The notes under the pieces: model-generated | Database searches by the model: none | Told to the model about the DNA's origin: nothing | What the model saw: the letters and a program-made list of their open reading frames with translations, nothing else | Assembly (NCBI GenBank): GCA_025362975.1 | Contig: JANYES010000028.1 | Location: forward strand, 640-64,639 | DNA: 64,000 bases | Direction: 5' to 3' | DNA from: Alphaproteobacteria bacterium | GTDB lineage: Bacteria > Pseudomonadota > Alphaproteobacteria > Rickettsiales > SXRF01 | Position numbers and translations under genes: made by a program | Part shown: positions 42,900 to 53,461 of the stretch, piece after piece | How the letters are laid out: each line of letters starts with the position of its first letter | Position numbering within the stretch: position 1 is the stretch's first letter

Positions 42900-43159
42900 T
42901 GGAAATAGTTGCAAATATTGTTGGGAACATCGGTGTCGTATGTTTTCTTGCGGCGTATTACCTTTTGCAGAAAGGTAAGCTGCTGCATACGGGGTTGACG
43001 TATCTGTTACTCAACCTTGCGGGCGCTATCCTGCTAATGATTTCTTTGCTGATCGTGTGGAATTTATCTGCGTTTATACTTGAAGCAGCGTGGGCAATGA
43101 TTAGTATATACGGAATCATTAACTACTATAAATCTCGGAAAACGACGGATGGACGATAA
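42899..43159 (+). CDS. small three-TM membrane protein inserted between ftsW and murG
   Basis: 86 aa. MEIVANIVGNIGVVCFLAAYYLLQKGKLL...LLNLAGAILLMISLLIVWN...ILEAAWAMISIYGIINY. The start shares a base with the ftsW stop (TGATG), and the end overlaps the murG start by 11 nt. Visibly AT-richer than its neighbours. Confidence 0.7.
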   Translation: MEIVANIVGNIGVVCFLAAYYLLQKGKLLHTGLTYLLLNLAGAILLMISLLIVWNLSAFILEAAWAMISIYGIINYYKSRKTTDGR

Positions 43160-44327
43160 GCATCAGCCGGTCATACTGGCAGCGGGCGGCACGGGCGGGC
43201 ATATTTTCCCGGCGGAAGCGCTGGCGGAAATTTTGCTGGCGCAGGGGCAGCGGGTGATTCTGGTGACCGATTCGCGCTTTGCGCATTTTACGACGGGCGC
43301 GCTCTCGCGCATTGAGAAACGCACGATTCGCGCAGGCACGGTCGGCGGGAGTTTGCCGCGCAAGATCATGGGCGGGATTGGGTTGTTGCTGGGCATCTGG
43401 CAGGCGCGCAAGATTGTGCGTGAGTTGAAGCCGAAGGTTGTAGTCGGGTTTGGCGGATATCCGTCGTTCCCGACGGTGTTTGCGGCGTCGCGGCTGGGGA
43501 TTCCTACGGTGATTCATGAGCAGAATTCGGTGCTGGGACGGGCGAACCGTTTGCTGGCGTCGAGGGTGCGGCATATTGCGACGTCGTTTCCCAATACTCA
43601 GATGATTGCGGAGCGCGATAAGCAAAAAACGGTGATGACGGGGAATCCCGTGCGTAGCAGCGTGAAGGCACTGCGCGAGGTGCCGTATGCGAGTGTGGCG
43701 CAGGATGGGAAGTTGAATATTCTGGTGACGGGCGGGAGCCTTGGGGCTTCTGTGTTTTCCGAAGTGGTGCCGCAGGCGATTGCGCTGTTGCCGGAACCGC
43801 TGCGGGCGCGGGTGCGCATTGATCAGCAATGCCGCGAGGCGGATTTGCCAGCGGCAAGAGCGCTGTATCAGAAGCTGGGCGTGAATGTGGATCTGGCGAG
43901 TTTCTTTGTGGATTTGCCGACGCGGTTGGCGGGGTGTCATCTCGTGATTGGCCGTTCGGGGGCTTCGACGATTTCGGAGCTGGCGACGGCGGGGCGCCCG
44001 GCGATTCTGGTGCCGCTGCCTAGCGCGATGGATAATCACCAGTATTTCAATGCGAACGCCTTGGAAGATGTGGGTGGCGGCTGGGTGATGGCGCAGGACG
44101 GATTTACGCCTGCTTCGTTGTCGGCGCGGCTGGAAGCGTTTCTGACGGCACCGGCGACGCTGGCGAAGGCCGCAGAAAACGCGAAGAAGCTTGGCTCACC
44201 CGACGCTGCTGAAAAACTTGCCTCGCTGGTGCTTAACACCGCTGACGGGCTGATGCTTATGAATAGCAAACGCCTCAAAGGGCTTGCCACTACTTTTCCT
44301 AACTCATCCTCGATGGAGGCCGCATGA
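43149..44327 (+). CDS. murG: undecaprenyldiphospho-muramoylpentapeptide beta-N-acetylglucosaminyltransferase
   Basis: 392 aa. [16 protein letters not shown], and [22 protein letters not shown]. Confidence 0.95.
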   Translation: MDDKHQPVILAAGGTGGHIFPAEALAEILLAQGQRVILVTDSRFAHFTTGALSRIEKRTIRAGTVGGSLPRKIMGGIGLLLGIWQARKIVRELKPKVVVGFGGYPSFPTVFAASRLGIPTVIHEQNSVLGRANRLLASRVRHIATSFPNTQMIAERDKQKTVMTGNPVRSSVKALREVPYASVAQDGKLNILVTGGSLGASVFSEVVPQAIALLPEPLRARVRIDQQCREADLPAARALYQKLGVNVDLASFFVDLPTRLAGCHLVIGRSGASTISELATAGRPAILVPLPSAMDNHQYFNANALEDVGGGWVMAQDGFTPASLSARLEAFLTAPATLAKAAENAKKLGSPDAAEKLASLVLNTADGLMLMNSKRLKGLATTFPNSSSMEAA

Positions 44328-45775
44328 AGCCGTTACCACTTTCCCATAAACTCCCGCTCGACGTGGGCGTACTGCATTTTGTCGGCATCGGCGGTATAGG
44401 CATGAGTGGTATTGCTGAGGTGCTGCATAACCTTGGGTATAAGGTGCAGGGGTCGGACGCGTCGGACAGTTATAATACGCAGCGGCTGAAGGAAAAAGGC
44501 ATCGAGGTGTTTATCGGGCATAAGGCGGAGCATATTGAAAATGCGGCTGTCATCGTGGTGTCTTCGGCGATTAGACCGGAAAATCCTGAGATGGTGGCGG
44601 CGCGCAGCTTGCGCATTCCGGTGGTGCGCCGGGCGGAAATGCTGGCGGAGTTGATGCGGTTTAAGATGGCGATTGCAGTGGGCGGCACGCATGGGAAAAC
44701 GACCACGACGGCGCTGACGGCGGCGATGCTGGAAGAGGCGAATTTGCAGCCGACAGTGATCAATGGCGGGATTATCAATTCGCGCGGGACGAACGCGTAT
44801 CTGGGCGCAGGCGAGTGGATGGTGGTGGAGTCCGACGAGTCGGACGGTAGCTTCCTGAAATTGCCAGCGACGATTGCGGTGGTGACCAATATCGACCCGG
44901 AGCATCTGGACCATTATGGCAATTTTGAAAATGCAAAGGCGGCGTACCAGACGTTTGTGACGAACCTGCCGTTTTATGGGTTTGCGGTGTTGTGCACGGA
45001 CCATCCGGAAGTGCAGGCGTTGGCGGCGCGCATTACGGACCGGCGCATTATTACATACGGAACGAATCCGCAGGCGGATATTCGTGCGGTGAATTTGCGT
45101 TCTTCGGCGGTTGGGGAAATGTTTGATGTGGAAATCGCGGAGCGCGGCGACGGTGTGGCGCATGTGATTAAAGATATCAGGCTGCCGATGCATGGGCATC
45201 ATAACGTGCGCAATTCGCTGGCGGTGATTGCGATTGCGCGGGAGCTCAAATTGTCGGACCAGACGATTCTTTCCGGCCTTGCGAATTTCGACGGGGTGAA
45301 GCGGCGCTTCACCAAGACCGGCGTTGGGCTTGGGATTACGGTGATTGACGATTATGGGCATCACCCGGTGGAGATTTCGGCGACGCTGAAAGCGGCGCGC
45401 GCGGCGCAGAGCGCGGGCACCGGCAAGGTGATCGCGGTGGTGCAGCCGCACCGGTATACGCGCGTACGCGATTTGCTGGATGATTTCTGCACGTGCTTTA
45501 ACGATGCGGATACGGTGGTTGTGGCCGATATTTACAGCGCCGGGGAAGACCCGATTGAGGGAATTTCGGCGGAGCGTTTGGTGGAAGGTTTGCAGGCGGC
45601 CGGGCATCGGCATGTGTTGAAGCTGGAGTCGCCGGAGGCGCTGGCGAAAACCGTGGCGGGCGTTGCGCAGGCGGGCGATATGGTGGTGTGCCTCGGCGCG
45701 GGGACGATTACCAAATGGGCGTATGCGCTGCCGGCGGAACTTGAAAAACTTAACCAGAAGAAAGCGGCGTCCTGA
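44324..45775 (+). CDS. murC: UDP-N-acetylmuramate--L-alanine ligase
   Basis: 483 aa. [17 protein letters not shown] and [13 protein letters not shown]. Confidence 0.95.
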   Translation: MKPLPLSHKLPLDVGVLHFVGIGGIGMSGIAEVLHNLGYKVQGSDASDSYNTQRLKEKGIEVFIGHKAEHIENAAVIVVSSAIRPENPEMVAARSLRIPVVRRAEMLAELMRFKMAIAVGGTHGKTTTTALTAAMLEEANLQPTVINGGIINSRGTNAYLGAGEWMVVESDESDGSFLKLPATIAVVTNIDPEHLDHYGNFENAKAAYQTFVTNLPFYGFAVLCTDHPEVQALAARITDRRIITYGTNPQADIRAVNLRSSAVGEMFDVEIAERGDGVAHVIKDIRLPMHGHHNVRNSLAVIAIARELKLSDQTILSGLANFDGVKRRFTKTGVGLGITVIDDYGHHPVEISATLKAARAAQSAGTGKVIAVVQPHRYTRVRDLLDDFCTCFNDADTVVVADIYSAGEDPIEGISAERLVEGLQAAGHRHVLKLESPEALAKTVAGVAQAGDMVVCLGAGTITKWAYALPAELEKLNQKKAAS

Positions 45776-46698
45776 TGGCCGCAAGGCAAGAAGCCGAGGC
45801 CGATCCGTTACAATCCGCCGCTTTTAATAAGTTCCGCGAGCGACTTCGCGAAAAAGTCGATTTATCAAAGACCAATTGGTTTCGCGTGGGCGGGCCAGCG
45901 CAGTGGCTGTTTCGCCCTGAGGATAGCCGCGATCTTTCCAATTTTTTGCAGGTACTGCCGGAATCGGTGCCGGTGACGGTGCTGGGGGTTGGGTCTAACC
46001 TGATCGTGCGCGACGGGGGGATTGATGGGGTAGTGATTAAGCTTGGGCGCGGGTTTGTGGGGATGAGCGTGGACGGGAAAAGGCTGACCGCCGGGGGCGG
46101 GGCGCTGGATCAGAATGTAGCACTTTATGCTTGTGAGCAGGGGGTGGCGGGGCTTGAGTTTTTGAGCGGGATTCCTGGGACGATTGGCGGCGCCGTGCGC
46201 ATGAATGGCGGGGCGTATGGCAATGATACGGCTTCGATGTTGATTGAGACGGAAATCGTGGAGCGTAGCGGGGCTATTCGCACGCTTAGTAATTCCGAGA
46301 TCGGATTCAGCTACCGCCATAGTGGCTTGCCGGATGGTTGTGTCGTGACTAAGGCCGTGTTCACGGCGACACCGGGCGACAGCGACGAAATTCATGACCG
46401 GATGCAGGCGATCACAACATCGCGCGAGGAAACCCAGCCGATTCGCTCGCGCACGGGCGGGAGCACGTTTAAAAATCCTGAGGGGCATAAGGCGTGGGAG
46501 CTGGTGGACAAAGCGGGCTGCCGGGGGCTCACGATCAACGGGGCGCAGGTGTCGGAGAAGCATTGCAATTTCCTGATCAATACCGGCAATGCCACGGCGC
46601 GCGACCTTGAGGCGCTGGGCGAAGAAGTGCGCAAGCGCGTGCTCGCTCACACCGGGATTACCCTTGAATGGGAAATCAAGCGGATTGGCCGTACTTAA
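45775..46698 (+). CDS. murB: UDP-N-acetylenolpyruvoylglucosamine reductase
   Basis: 307 aa. FAD-binding domain (VLGVGSNLIVRDGG) and GGSTFKNP. Confidence 0.95.
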   Translation: MAARQEAEADPLQSAAFNKFRERLREKVDLSKTNWFRVGGPAQWLFRPEDSRDLSNFLQVLPESVPVTVLGVGSNLIVRDGGIDGVVIKLGRGFVGMSVDGKRLTAGGGALDQNVALYACEQGVAGLEFLSGIPGTIGGAVRMNGGAYGNDTASMLIETEIVERSGAIRTLSNSEIGFSYRHSGLPDGCVVTKAVFTATPGDSDEIHDRMQAITTSREETQPIRSRTGGSTFKNPEGHKAWELVDKAGCRGLTINGAQVSEKHCNFLINTGNATARDLEALGEEVRKRVLAHTGITLEWEIKRIGRT

Positions 46699-46761
46699 TT
46701 CTGGCACAGTTTGTTTACTTGCAGTAAAACATCCTTAACGTAATTCAATGGAAGTTCGACA

Positions 46762-47709
46762 ATGAGTAAACATGTAGCGGTATTAAAGGGTGGCTGGTCG
46801 GTTGAGCGCGAAGTGTCGCTGGTGTCGGGAGCGGCATGCGCGAAGGGTTTGCGCGAGTCGGGGTATGAGGTGAGCGAGATCGACGTGCAGCCGGATATTG
46901 CTGAAGTGTTGCTGAAACTGAAGCCGGACGTGGTGTTTAACGCGCTGCACGGGCGGTTCGGCGAGGACGGTTGCATTCAGGGATTGCTGGAGCTTTTGAA
47001 GATTCCGTATACGCATTCGGGCGTGCTGGCGTCGGCGGTGGCTATGGATAAGCCGATGGCGAAACAGGTGTTTGAACAGGCCGGTTTGCGCTGCCCCAAG
47101 GGGGTGATCGCGACGCGCGAAGAACTGTTTAAGAGGGAGCCGCTGCCGCGGCCGTTTGTGGCCAAACCCGCCAATGAGGGGTCGAGCGTCGGGGTTTATA
47201 TCGCCATGCCGGACGATAACCGGACGTTAGCGGTGATGATGGACAGCCGAGACCATGCGACGCGCAAGGGCAACGGCGAGGATAGCCGCGGCGAAACGGT
47301 GCAGGATTACTGGCTGGTTGAGGAATACATCCCGGGGCGCGAAATTACCGTGGCCGTGCTCAACGGCAAGGCGATGGGCGTGACGGAAATCAAGCCGCTC
47401 TCCGGGTTTTACGATTATGAAAATAAATACACCGACGGCAAAACCGAGCATCTGTGCCCGGCGCCCTTAAGCGACGCGGAAGCCGCGCATGTCAAGGATC
47501 TGGCGGTACGCGCGCATAGGGCGCTGGGCTGCCGAGGTCTGTCGCGCTCGGATTTCCGGTATGACGGGAAAGAGTTTTACCTGCTTGAGGTGAACACCCA
47601 GCCGGGCATGACGCCGCTATCTTTGTCACCGGAGATTGCTGCTCATGCTGGCATTAGTTTTAATAATCTGGTACAAATGCTTGTAGAGGATGCCCGCCTA
47701 GGAAACTAA
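46762..47709 (+). CDS. ddl: D-alanine--D-alanine ligase
   Basis: 315 aa. ALHGRFGEDG, ATP-grasp, LLEVNTQPGMT. Confidence 0.95.
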   Translation: MSKHVAVLKGGWSVEREVSLVSGAACAKGLRESGYEVSEIDVQPDIAEVLLKLKPDVVFNALHGRFGEDGCIQGLLELLKIPYTHSGVLASAVAMDKPMAKQVFEQAGLRCPKGVIATREELFKREPLPRPFVAKPANEGSSVGVYIAMPDDNRTLAVMMDSRDHATRKGNGEDSRGETVQDYWLVEEYIPGREITVAVLNGKAMGVTEIKPLSGFYDYENKYTDGKTEHLCPAPLSDAEAAHVKDLAVRAHRALGCRGLSRSDFRYDGKEFYLLEVNTQPGMTPLSLSPEIAAHAGISFNNLVQMLVEDARLGN

Positions 47710-47726
47710 GCGGGATAATTAATGGG

Positions 47727-48632
47727 GTGGGGATGGCGCGCGGCGACACAGAAGGCTTAACATCGAGGCAGCGCCAGTCGCAGCAGATCATGCGCGAGAA
47801 AAACGCGCGTAAAAAGCGCAAGGTGCTGATGCGCAGGGTGACCATAGTAGGCGGGTCGGTGCTGGCGATTACGCTGGTGGGCGGCGGGGCGTGGCTGTGG
47901 AAATCCAACGCCGGGGCGCACACGATTCAGGCTGTGGCCGACAGCACATTTAATATAACGATCAAGGCGGGATTTTCCGTTCAGTCGCTCTATCTCGAAG
48001 GGCGCAACCGCACGACGATGGAAGAAATCAACAAGGCGCTCGACGTGAAGAAGGGCGACTCGATTTTGCGTCTTTCCATTGCCGAAATCCGCGAGCGGCT
48101 TGAAAAAATCGAAAGCATTAAAATGGCCGCCGTCGAGCGCTCGCTGCCGGGGACGCTGTATATTCGCATCGTGGAGCGCGAACCGGTGGCGCTGTGGCAG
48201 AACCATAACAAGGTGACGCTGGTGGACGATAACGGCGTAGCGATGAGCGGGATTGACATCACGCCGTATCAGCATGAGCCGCAGAAACTGCCGCTGATTA
48301 TTGGCGACAATGCGCCAAGCCATGTGAAGGAACTGATGGGGATTCTGGCCGCCGAGCCGGAGTTGGCGAAGCATTTTTCAGCAGCCATCCGCGTGAGCGA
48401 TCGCCGCTGGAATATTCGCCTCAACTCGCAAAAAGGTGACGATGTTGAAATCCGCCTGCCGGAAACCAACCCGACGGAAGCGTGGAAACGCTTAGCCGAC
48501 GCGCAGGCGCACCAGCAGGTTCTCGACCGCGACGTGAAGGTGATCGACCTGCGTTTAGAAGGAAAAATGTTCATCAAGGTCGCGCCTGAACAGATGCAGC
48601 ATCCGAAGACTGTCGGCGCGCGCGAAACGTAA
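47727..48632 (+). CDS. ftsQ: cell division protein FtsQ
   Basis: 301 aa (GTG start; ATG at 47733 is also possible). Basic N-terminus, single TM (VTIVGGSVLAITLVGGGAWLW), and POTRA-like domain. Confidence 0.85.
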   Translation: MGMARGDTEGLTSRQRQSQQIMREKNARKKRKVLMRRVTIVGGSVLAITLVGGGAWLWKSNAGAHTIQAVADSTFNITIKAGFSVQSLYLEGRNRTTMEEINKALDVKKGDSILRLSIAEIRERLEKIESIKMAAVERSLPGTLYIRIVEREPVALWQNHNKVTLVDDNGVAMSGIDITPYQHEPQKLPLIIGDNAPSHVKELMGILAAEPELAKHFSAAIRVSDRRWNIRLNSQKGDDVEIRLPETNPTEAWKRLADAQAHQQVLDRDVKVIDLRLEGKMFIKVAPEQMQHPKTVGARET

Positions 48633-48732
48633 TTGCCTGAATTCTTAATTTCTTAGGTTGCTAAGCGTAAACATGTTTCCTATGATGGAAAAAATTTAAG
48701 CCGCTAACCTCTAATTTCAGAAGCTGAAAAAC

Positions 48733-50001
48733 ATGGCAAAAACACCGAAAACCCCACATAAAATCGGCAATGGCAGCATTACCGTCCTCGATATCGGGAC
48801 GACGAAAATCGCCTGCTACATCGCCCATGTGGATTCGGTCGGCGAAGTCAAAGTGGTGGGCATCGGGCATCATCTTTCCAAGGGTATCCGTTCCGGCATC
48901 ATAACGGATTTTGCGGAAGCCGAAGCGTCGATTATTTCCGCTGTGCACGCGGCGGAGCAGATGGCGGGCGAGACGGTGGAAAACGTGGTGGTGAGCCTGT
49001 CCGGCGGTAACCTGACCTCGCGAAACGTCACCGTTGAAATGACCATGCTCGGCGAGGAAGTGACCGACCGTGACATCATGGATATTATCGAACAGGGCCG
49101 CGCCAGCATCTCGCATAGCGAACACGATATCATCCACTGCGTGCCGATTTCGTACTACCTCGACGGCGCGCGCGGCATCGTGGACCCGCGCAAAATGTTC
49201 GGCAAAAAACTTGGCGCTGATTTGCATATCATCACCGGGCTGCCGAGCATCACGCGCAACCTCGCGCACTGCGTGGCGCGCTGCCATTTGAACGTGCAGG
49301 AATATGTGGCTTCGCCTTACGCTTCGGCCCTGGCGTGCCTTGAAGAAGACGAAAAACAGCTCGGCGTGACGCTGGTCGACATGGGCGGTGGGGTGACCAG
49401 CTTTACCGTTTTCGGCGGCGGCAAGAACATTTACACCGATGCGATTCCCATCGGTGGCATCCACGTGACTAATGACATCGCGCGCGGGCTTTCTACGAAC
49501 CTTTCGCATGCGGAACGTTTGAAGACGCTGCACGGTAGTGCGGTGGCCACCAGCGCGGACGACCATGTGATGGTCGAAGTGCCGCAGCTTGGCGAGGAAG
49601 AATCCGATGACGTCAACACCGTGCCGCGCTCAATGCTGATCGGCGTGATTCGCCCACGCATTGAAGAAATTTTTGAAATGATCCGTGGCAAAATCGACAT
49701 GAGCGGCGCGGGCACCTATGCCGGCAAGCGCGTGGTGCTGACGGGGGGCGCAAGCCAGCTTCTCGGTGTTCGCGAAATGGCGGCTACCCTTCTTGGGAAG
49801 CAAGTTCGCCTTGGCCGCCCGCACGGGGTTCCGGGGTTGGCTGAAGCGGTCAGCGGCCCGGCATTTTCGACGGCGCTTGGTATGCTTGTATATGTGACGA
49901 AGAAACCGATGGAAGAACAGATGTTCGATAATCACCGCAACCGTGGCGGTTTGAACTTTGGTCTCGATAAGGTCGTGAACTGGTTTAAAGAAAATTTCTA
50001 A
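48733..50001 (+). CDS. ftsA: cell division protein FtsA
   Basis: 422 aa with the actin-like ATPase fold (ITVLDIGTTKI...VDMGGGVTS...). Confidence 0.95.
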   Translation: MAKTPKTPHKIGNGSITVLDIGTTKIACYIAHVDSVGEVKVVGIGHHLSKGIRSGIITDFAEAEASIISAVHAAEQMAGETVENVVVSLSGGNLTSRNVTVEMTMLGEEVTDRDIMDIIEQGRASISHSEHDIIHCVPISYYLDGARGIVDPRKMFGKKLGADLHIITGLPSITRNLAHCVARCHLNVQEYVASPYASALACLEEDEKQLGVTLVDMGGGVTSFTVFGGGKNIYTDAIPIGGIHVTNDIARGLSTNLSHAERLKTLHGSAVATSADDHVMVEVPQLGEEESDDVNTVPRSMLIGVIRPRIEEIFEMIRGKIDMSGAGTYAGKRVVLTGGASQLLGVREMAATLLGKQVRLGRPHGVPGLAEAVSGPAFSTALGMLVYVTKKPMEEQMFDNHRNRGGLNFGLDKVVNWFKENF

Positions 50002-50007
50002 GCGATT

Positions 50008-50031
50008 GGGGCCGCTTGTAACGGCGGCCCC
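50008..50031. terminator. GC-rich hairpin between convergent ftsA and the opposite-strand ORF
   Basis: GGGGCCGC (50008-50015) pairs with GCGGCCCC (50024-50031), with an 8-nt loop. No clean U-run on either side. Confidence 0.4.
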
Positions 50032-50038
50032 ATCGTTG

Positions 50039-50308
50039 TTATTTATGCGCATTCATATCGTCGCGCAGCTGGTCATACGCAGCCTGGCAGTTAGGGGACC
50101 ATTTCATGGTCTTATGTGCCTTCTTGTAATCATGCATACATTTACCCATGCCTTTTGCGGCAGGGCAATGAATTGCCGCCGCGTCGTTGGCGCAGGCGGA
50201 ATAGATGGCATTTTTGTCGGCAGTCATGGTCGGGCTTTCTACTGCGTAAGCATGGGAAAGGCTCATCATCAGACAAGTCGAAATAAGTGCGATTTTCTTT
50301 GGAATCAT
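50039..50308 (-). CDS. small secreted cysteine-rich protein
   Basis: From the internal ATG 50308: MIPKKIALISTCLMMSLSHAYA / VESP... (signal peptide). The mature part has four Cys in a C-x8-C...C...C layout resembling the alphaproteobacterial cysteine-rich-repeat pattern. Confidence 0.65.
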   Translation of the reverse strand: MIPKKIALISTCLMMSLSHAYAVESPTMTADKNAIYSACANDAAAIHCPAAKGMGKCMHDYKKAHKTMKWSPNCQAAYDQLRDDMNAHK

Positions 50309-50505
50309 ATTAATCTCCAGATTATAATTTAGGTACAAACCAATTTGCATGCGCATTGTAACAGGCGCATGGGCAGATAGCAAATCTCACAAAATTTTAA
50401 CATGTAAAAATAATCGACACCCCCACAAAATGTAGTGGCATAAATAAAATTATTGGTCCATATTATGTATTAACCGATGTGTCCAATTAAGTTCCAAAAG
50501 AGGAT

Positions 50506-52188
50506 ATGAGCATGACAATTAACTTACATCTTCCTGTAAAAACCGAGATGCTACGCCCTACCATCACCGTCGTCGGTGTGGGTGGCGCAGGCGGCAACGC
50601 CGTCAACAACATGATCGCAGCTGACCTCGAAGGGGTTAATTTCGTCGTATCAAACACGGATGCGCAAGCTCTCGAGCACTCGCTCACCGAACGCACCATC
50701 CAGCTCGGCGCGGGAATCACCAAAGGCCTCGGCGCTGGCGCAAATCCCGAAGTGGGCCGCGCAGCCGCCGAAGAAGCGAAAGACGAAATCTCGGCCTATA
50801 TCGAAGGCTCGAACATGGTGTTCATCACTGCCGGTATGGGCGGTGGCACCGGCACGGGCGCTGCGCCGGTAATCGCGCGCATTGCAAAGGACCAGGGCAT
50901 CCTGACCGTTGCTGTCGTGACCAAGCCGTTCCAGTTCGAAGGCGCGCATCGCATGCGACTCGCTGAGTCGGGCCTGAAAGAACTTCAGGAATATGTCGAC
51001 ACGCTGATTATCATTCCGAACCAGAATTTATTCCGCATCGCTAACGAACGCACCACTTTCGCCGACGCCTTCAAAATGGCCGACGACGTATTGCACTCCG
51101 GCGTGCGCGGCGTCACCGACCTGATGGTGAAGCCAGGCCTTATCAACCTTGACTTCGCCGATATCCGCACCGTGATGCGCGAAATGGGCAAAGCCATGAT
51201 GGGTACGGGCGAAGCTACCGGAGATCGCCGCGCGATCGAAGCGGCCGAGGCGGCAATCTCCAACCCGTTGCTCGACGATGTGAGCTTGCGCGGTGCACGC
51301 GCGCTGTTGATCAACATTACCGGCGGCAACGACATGACGCTGTTTGAAGTAGATGAAGCGGCTAACCGCATTCGCGAAGAAGTAGACTCTGATGCCAATA
51401 TCATTTTCGGCTCAACCTTCTCCGACGCCATGGACGGCAAGATGCGCGTATCAGTGGTTGCCACAGGTATCGATGCTCAGACCCAACAGAATAGCACGGG
51501 AGGCCAGAAGTTTTCAGCCGGCCCGGAGCCTAAGAAGCCGTTTGCGTTCGCAGCGGCTGCCACGGCAAAAGCTGAATACGCCAAGCCGATTCCACGTCCT
51601 GTGGCCGATGTCACCCGCGATATGGCCGGTGTGCAGGCAAACGCTTCGCGCCCGCCGGTTGAGCAGCGCTCGGGCGGTGCGGTACGCGTAGAAAAAACGC
51701 AGGAACCGATGACTGCAATCGCCGCCAGCGTTCCAAGTGATACGCCGGTTCCGCGTTTCCGCATTTCCGATTTTGAAAATGAAGAAGCTGAAATGCGCGC
51801 CCTGCCGGAAGTCCGTCAGGAAATCCGCCCGGAAGTTCGCGCCGAGTTGCGCCAGCCGGAGGCTGTTCGTGTGCCCGTCCGTGAAATCGGAGAGTCGCAG
51901 GAGTCATTGATTGAAAACCGCGTCGCGGTAGGGGCGGGTGCGCGTCAAGCGTTCCGCGAATCGCCGCGCGAGCCTTCTAAAAACTTCTTCCAGCGCATGG
52001 CTGATGTGGGCAGGGCGCTATCCGCCCGCAGCGACGATGCCCCGGCTGCGAAGCCGCATGCGCATGAACGCGTACACGTCGTCCAGAAGGCTGTACCTGC
52101 CGAATCGACCGAAAAGTCACAGAAGATGGCCGCCGACGAAGACCAGTATCTTGACATCCCGGCGTTCCTGCGCCGTCAAGCGAACTGA
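50506..52188 (+). CDS. ftsZ: cell division protein FtsZ (long-linker type)
   Basis: 560 aa. Tubulin signature [13 protein letters not shown]. Long P/A/E/R-rich linker. C-terminal peptide [11 protein letters not shown]. Confidence 0.97.
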   Translation: MSMTINLHLPVKTEMLRPTITVVGVGGAGGNAVNNMIAADLEGVNFVVSNTDAQALEHSLTERTIQLGAGITKGLGAGANPEVGRAAAEEAKDEISAYIEGSNMVFITAGMGGGTGTGAAPVIARIAKDQGILTVAVVTKPFQFEGAHRMRLAESGLKELQEYVDTLIIIPNQNLFRIANERTTFADAFKMADDVLHSGVRGVTDLMVKPGLINLDFADIRTVMREMGKAMMGTGEATGDRRAIEAAEAAISNPLLDDVSLRGARALLINITGGNDMTLFEVDEAANRIREEVDSDANIIFGSTFSDAMDGKMRVSVVATGIDAQTQQNSTGGQKFSAGPEPKKPFAFAAAATAKAEYAKPIPRPVADVTRDMAGVQANASRPPVEQRSGGAVRVEKTQEPMTAIAASVPSDTPVPRFRISDFENEEAEMRALPEVRQEIRPEVRAELRQPEAVRVPVREIGESQESLIENRVAVGAGARQAFRESPREPSKNFFQRMADVGRALSARSDDAPAAKPHAHERVHVVQKAVPAESTEKSQKMAADEDQYLDIPAFLRRQAN

Positions 52189-52193
52189 AAACG

Positions 52194-52222
52194 AGGGCCG
52201 GGGCGGTTTAGTCGCTTCGGCC
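52194..52222 (+). terminator. hairpin after ftsZ
   Basis: GGGCCG (52194-52199) pairs with CGGCCC (52217-52222), with an inner GCG/CGC stem. It is followed by a T-rich stretch. Confidence 0.4.
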
Positions 52223-52422
52223 CATTTAGTTCTTAATACCTCCTGTGGTATCCATGTTAAAGGCTATGGTTATTAAAAGTTAACCATTAGCGCATTATAA
52301 CATTCTGATTTTAAATTACAAAAATCGGGTAAAATTGTAACAAACTGTAATAAACAGTGATTTGTAAACCACGGCTCAGGGGCATAGAGTTTGGGTAAGT
52401 CGAATTACAAAGAGAAGTCACA

Positions 52423-53370
52423 ATGCTTACCAAACATAATGCCCACACGATGCAGACCACGCTGGAAAATAAAGTTTCCTGTTCCGGCGTAGGTCTTCAC
52501 AGCGGCAGCCAGATCAACCTTGTGGTTTATCCTGCTCCCGCCGATACCGGCATTGTGTTCAAGCGCACCGACGTTGCCGCTAAACAGGCGCTGATTCCCG
52601 CCCTTTACGATAATGTTTGCGACACGCGCCTCGGCACTACCATCCGCAATCGCCACGGTGTGACTGTGTCCACCATCGAACATTTAATGGCCGCTTTCTG
52701 GGGTGTCGGTATCGACAACGCCATCGTCGAACTCGATGGTCCCGAAGTGCCTATCATGGACGGCAGCTCGGAACCGTTCGTCTTCATGCTCGAATGCGCG
52801 CATATCGCGCAGCTTTCCAAGGCCCGCCGCACGCTTCGCATCCTCAAGGCCGTTGAAGTGCGCGAAGGCGAATCCGTCGCGCGCATCACGCCGAACCTGG
52901 AGATGGAAGAAGGCTGCATCATGGGCATCGAAATCCAATTCAACGATAAGGTGATCAAACGCCAGGTTTCGGAATACGATTTCCGCGAAACCACCTTCAA
53001 AAAAGCGCTCGCGCGCGCCCGCACGTTCTGCTTCGAACAGGAAGTCAACGCGCTTCGCCAGATGGGCCGCGCGCTCGGCGGTTCGCTCGATAACGCCATC
53101 GTCGTAGGCGCCGAAGGAGTGCTCAACGAAGGCGGTTTGCGCTACAACGATGAGTTCGTCCGCCACAAAGCGCTCGACTGCCTCGGCGATCTGTTCCTCG
53201 CCGGCTACCGCATCGACGCGCGCTTAGATTTCCTGCGCCCGGGCCACGGCATTAATAACAAGCTGCTGCGTGCGGTATTCGCCGATAAAACGGCGTTTGC
53301 CATCACCGAGCCCGGCAAGATCGAAGTCATATTCCCATACGTTCAGGAAGCCATTCAGGCCTACGCTTAA
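52423..53370 (+). CDS. lpxC: UDP-3-O-acyl-N-acetylglucosamine deacetylase
   Basis: 315 aa. GVGLHSG...VSTIEHLMAA...VRHKALDCLGDL. Confidence 0.95.
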   Translation: MLTKHNAHTMQTTLENKVSCSGVGLHSGSQINLVVYPAPADTGIVFKRTDVAAKQALIPALYDNVCDTRLGTTIRNRHGVTVSTIEHLMAAFWGVGIDNAIVELDGPEVPIMDGSSEPFVFMLECAHIAQLSKARRTLRILKAVEVREGESVARITPNLEMEEGCIMGIEIQFNDKVIKRQVSEYDFRETTFKKALARARTFCFEQEVNALRQMGRALGGSLDNAIVVGAEGVLNEGGLRYNDEFVRHKALDCLGDLFLAGYRIDARLDFLRPGHGINNKLLRAVFADKTAFAITEPGKIEVIFPYVQEAIQAYA

Positions 53371-53461
53371 ACCCGCCAGATCTTGCGTGTAAATGCATTT
53401 TAATCCCCTTGCTTTAGCTGTGTTTTGCCTGATATAAACAGGGAAACAATCAGGCTACACC

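Noticed and set aside
34724-44039. A series of long minus-strand ORFs across the dcw cluster (e.g. 34724..35308, 35492..36007, 37239..37805, 39099..40298, 41706..42569, 43119..44039).
   Set aside because: All are antisense to well-supported dcw genes. All show the same R/H/P/Q-rich low-complexity composition and lack RBS or start context. I treat them as frame artefacts.
44333-45784. A 483-aa minus-strand ORF exactly mirroring murC, of the same length and offset by 9 nt.
   Set aside because: This is a shadow ORF. The plus strand carries unmistakable MurC motifs ([19 protein letters not shown]). The antisense product is an R/H/P/Q-rich string with no motif or hydrophobic pattern. Stop-poor antisense frames are expected opposite GC3-biased genes.
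51480-52150. A long low-complexity P/A/E/R-rich region inside ftsZ.
   Set aside because: A long disordered linker between the GTPase core and the C-terminal peptide is normal for alphaproteobacterial FtsZ. The conserved DIPAFLRRQ end is intact.
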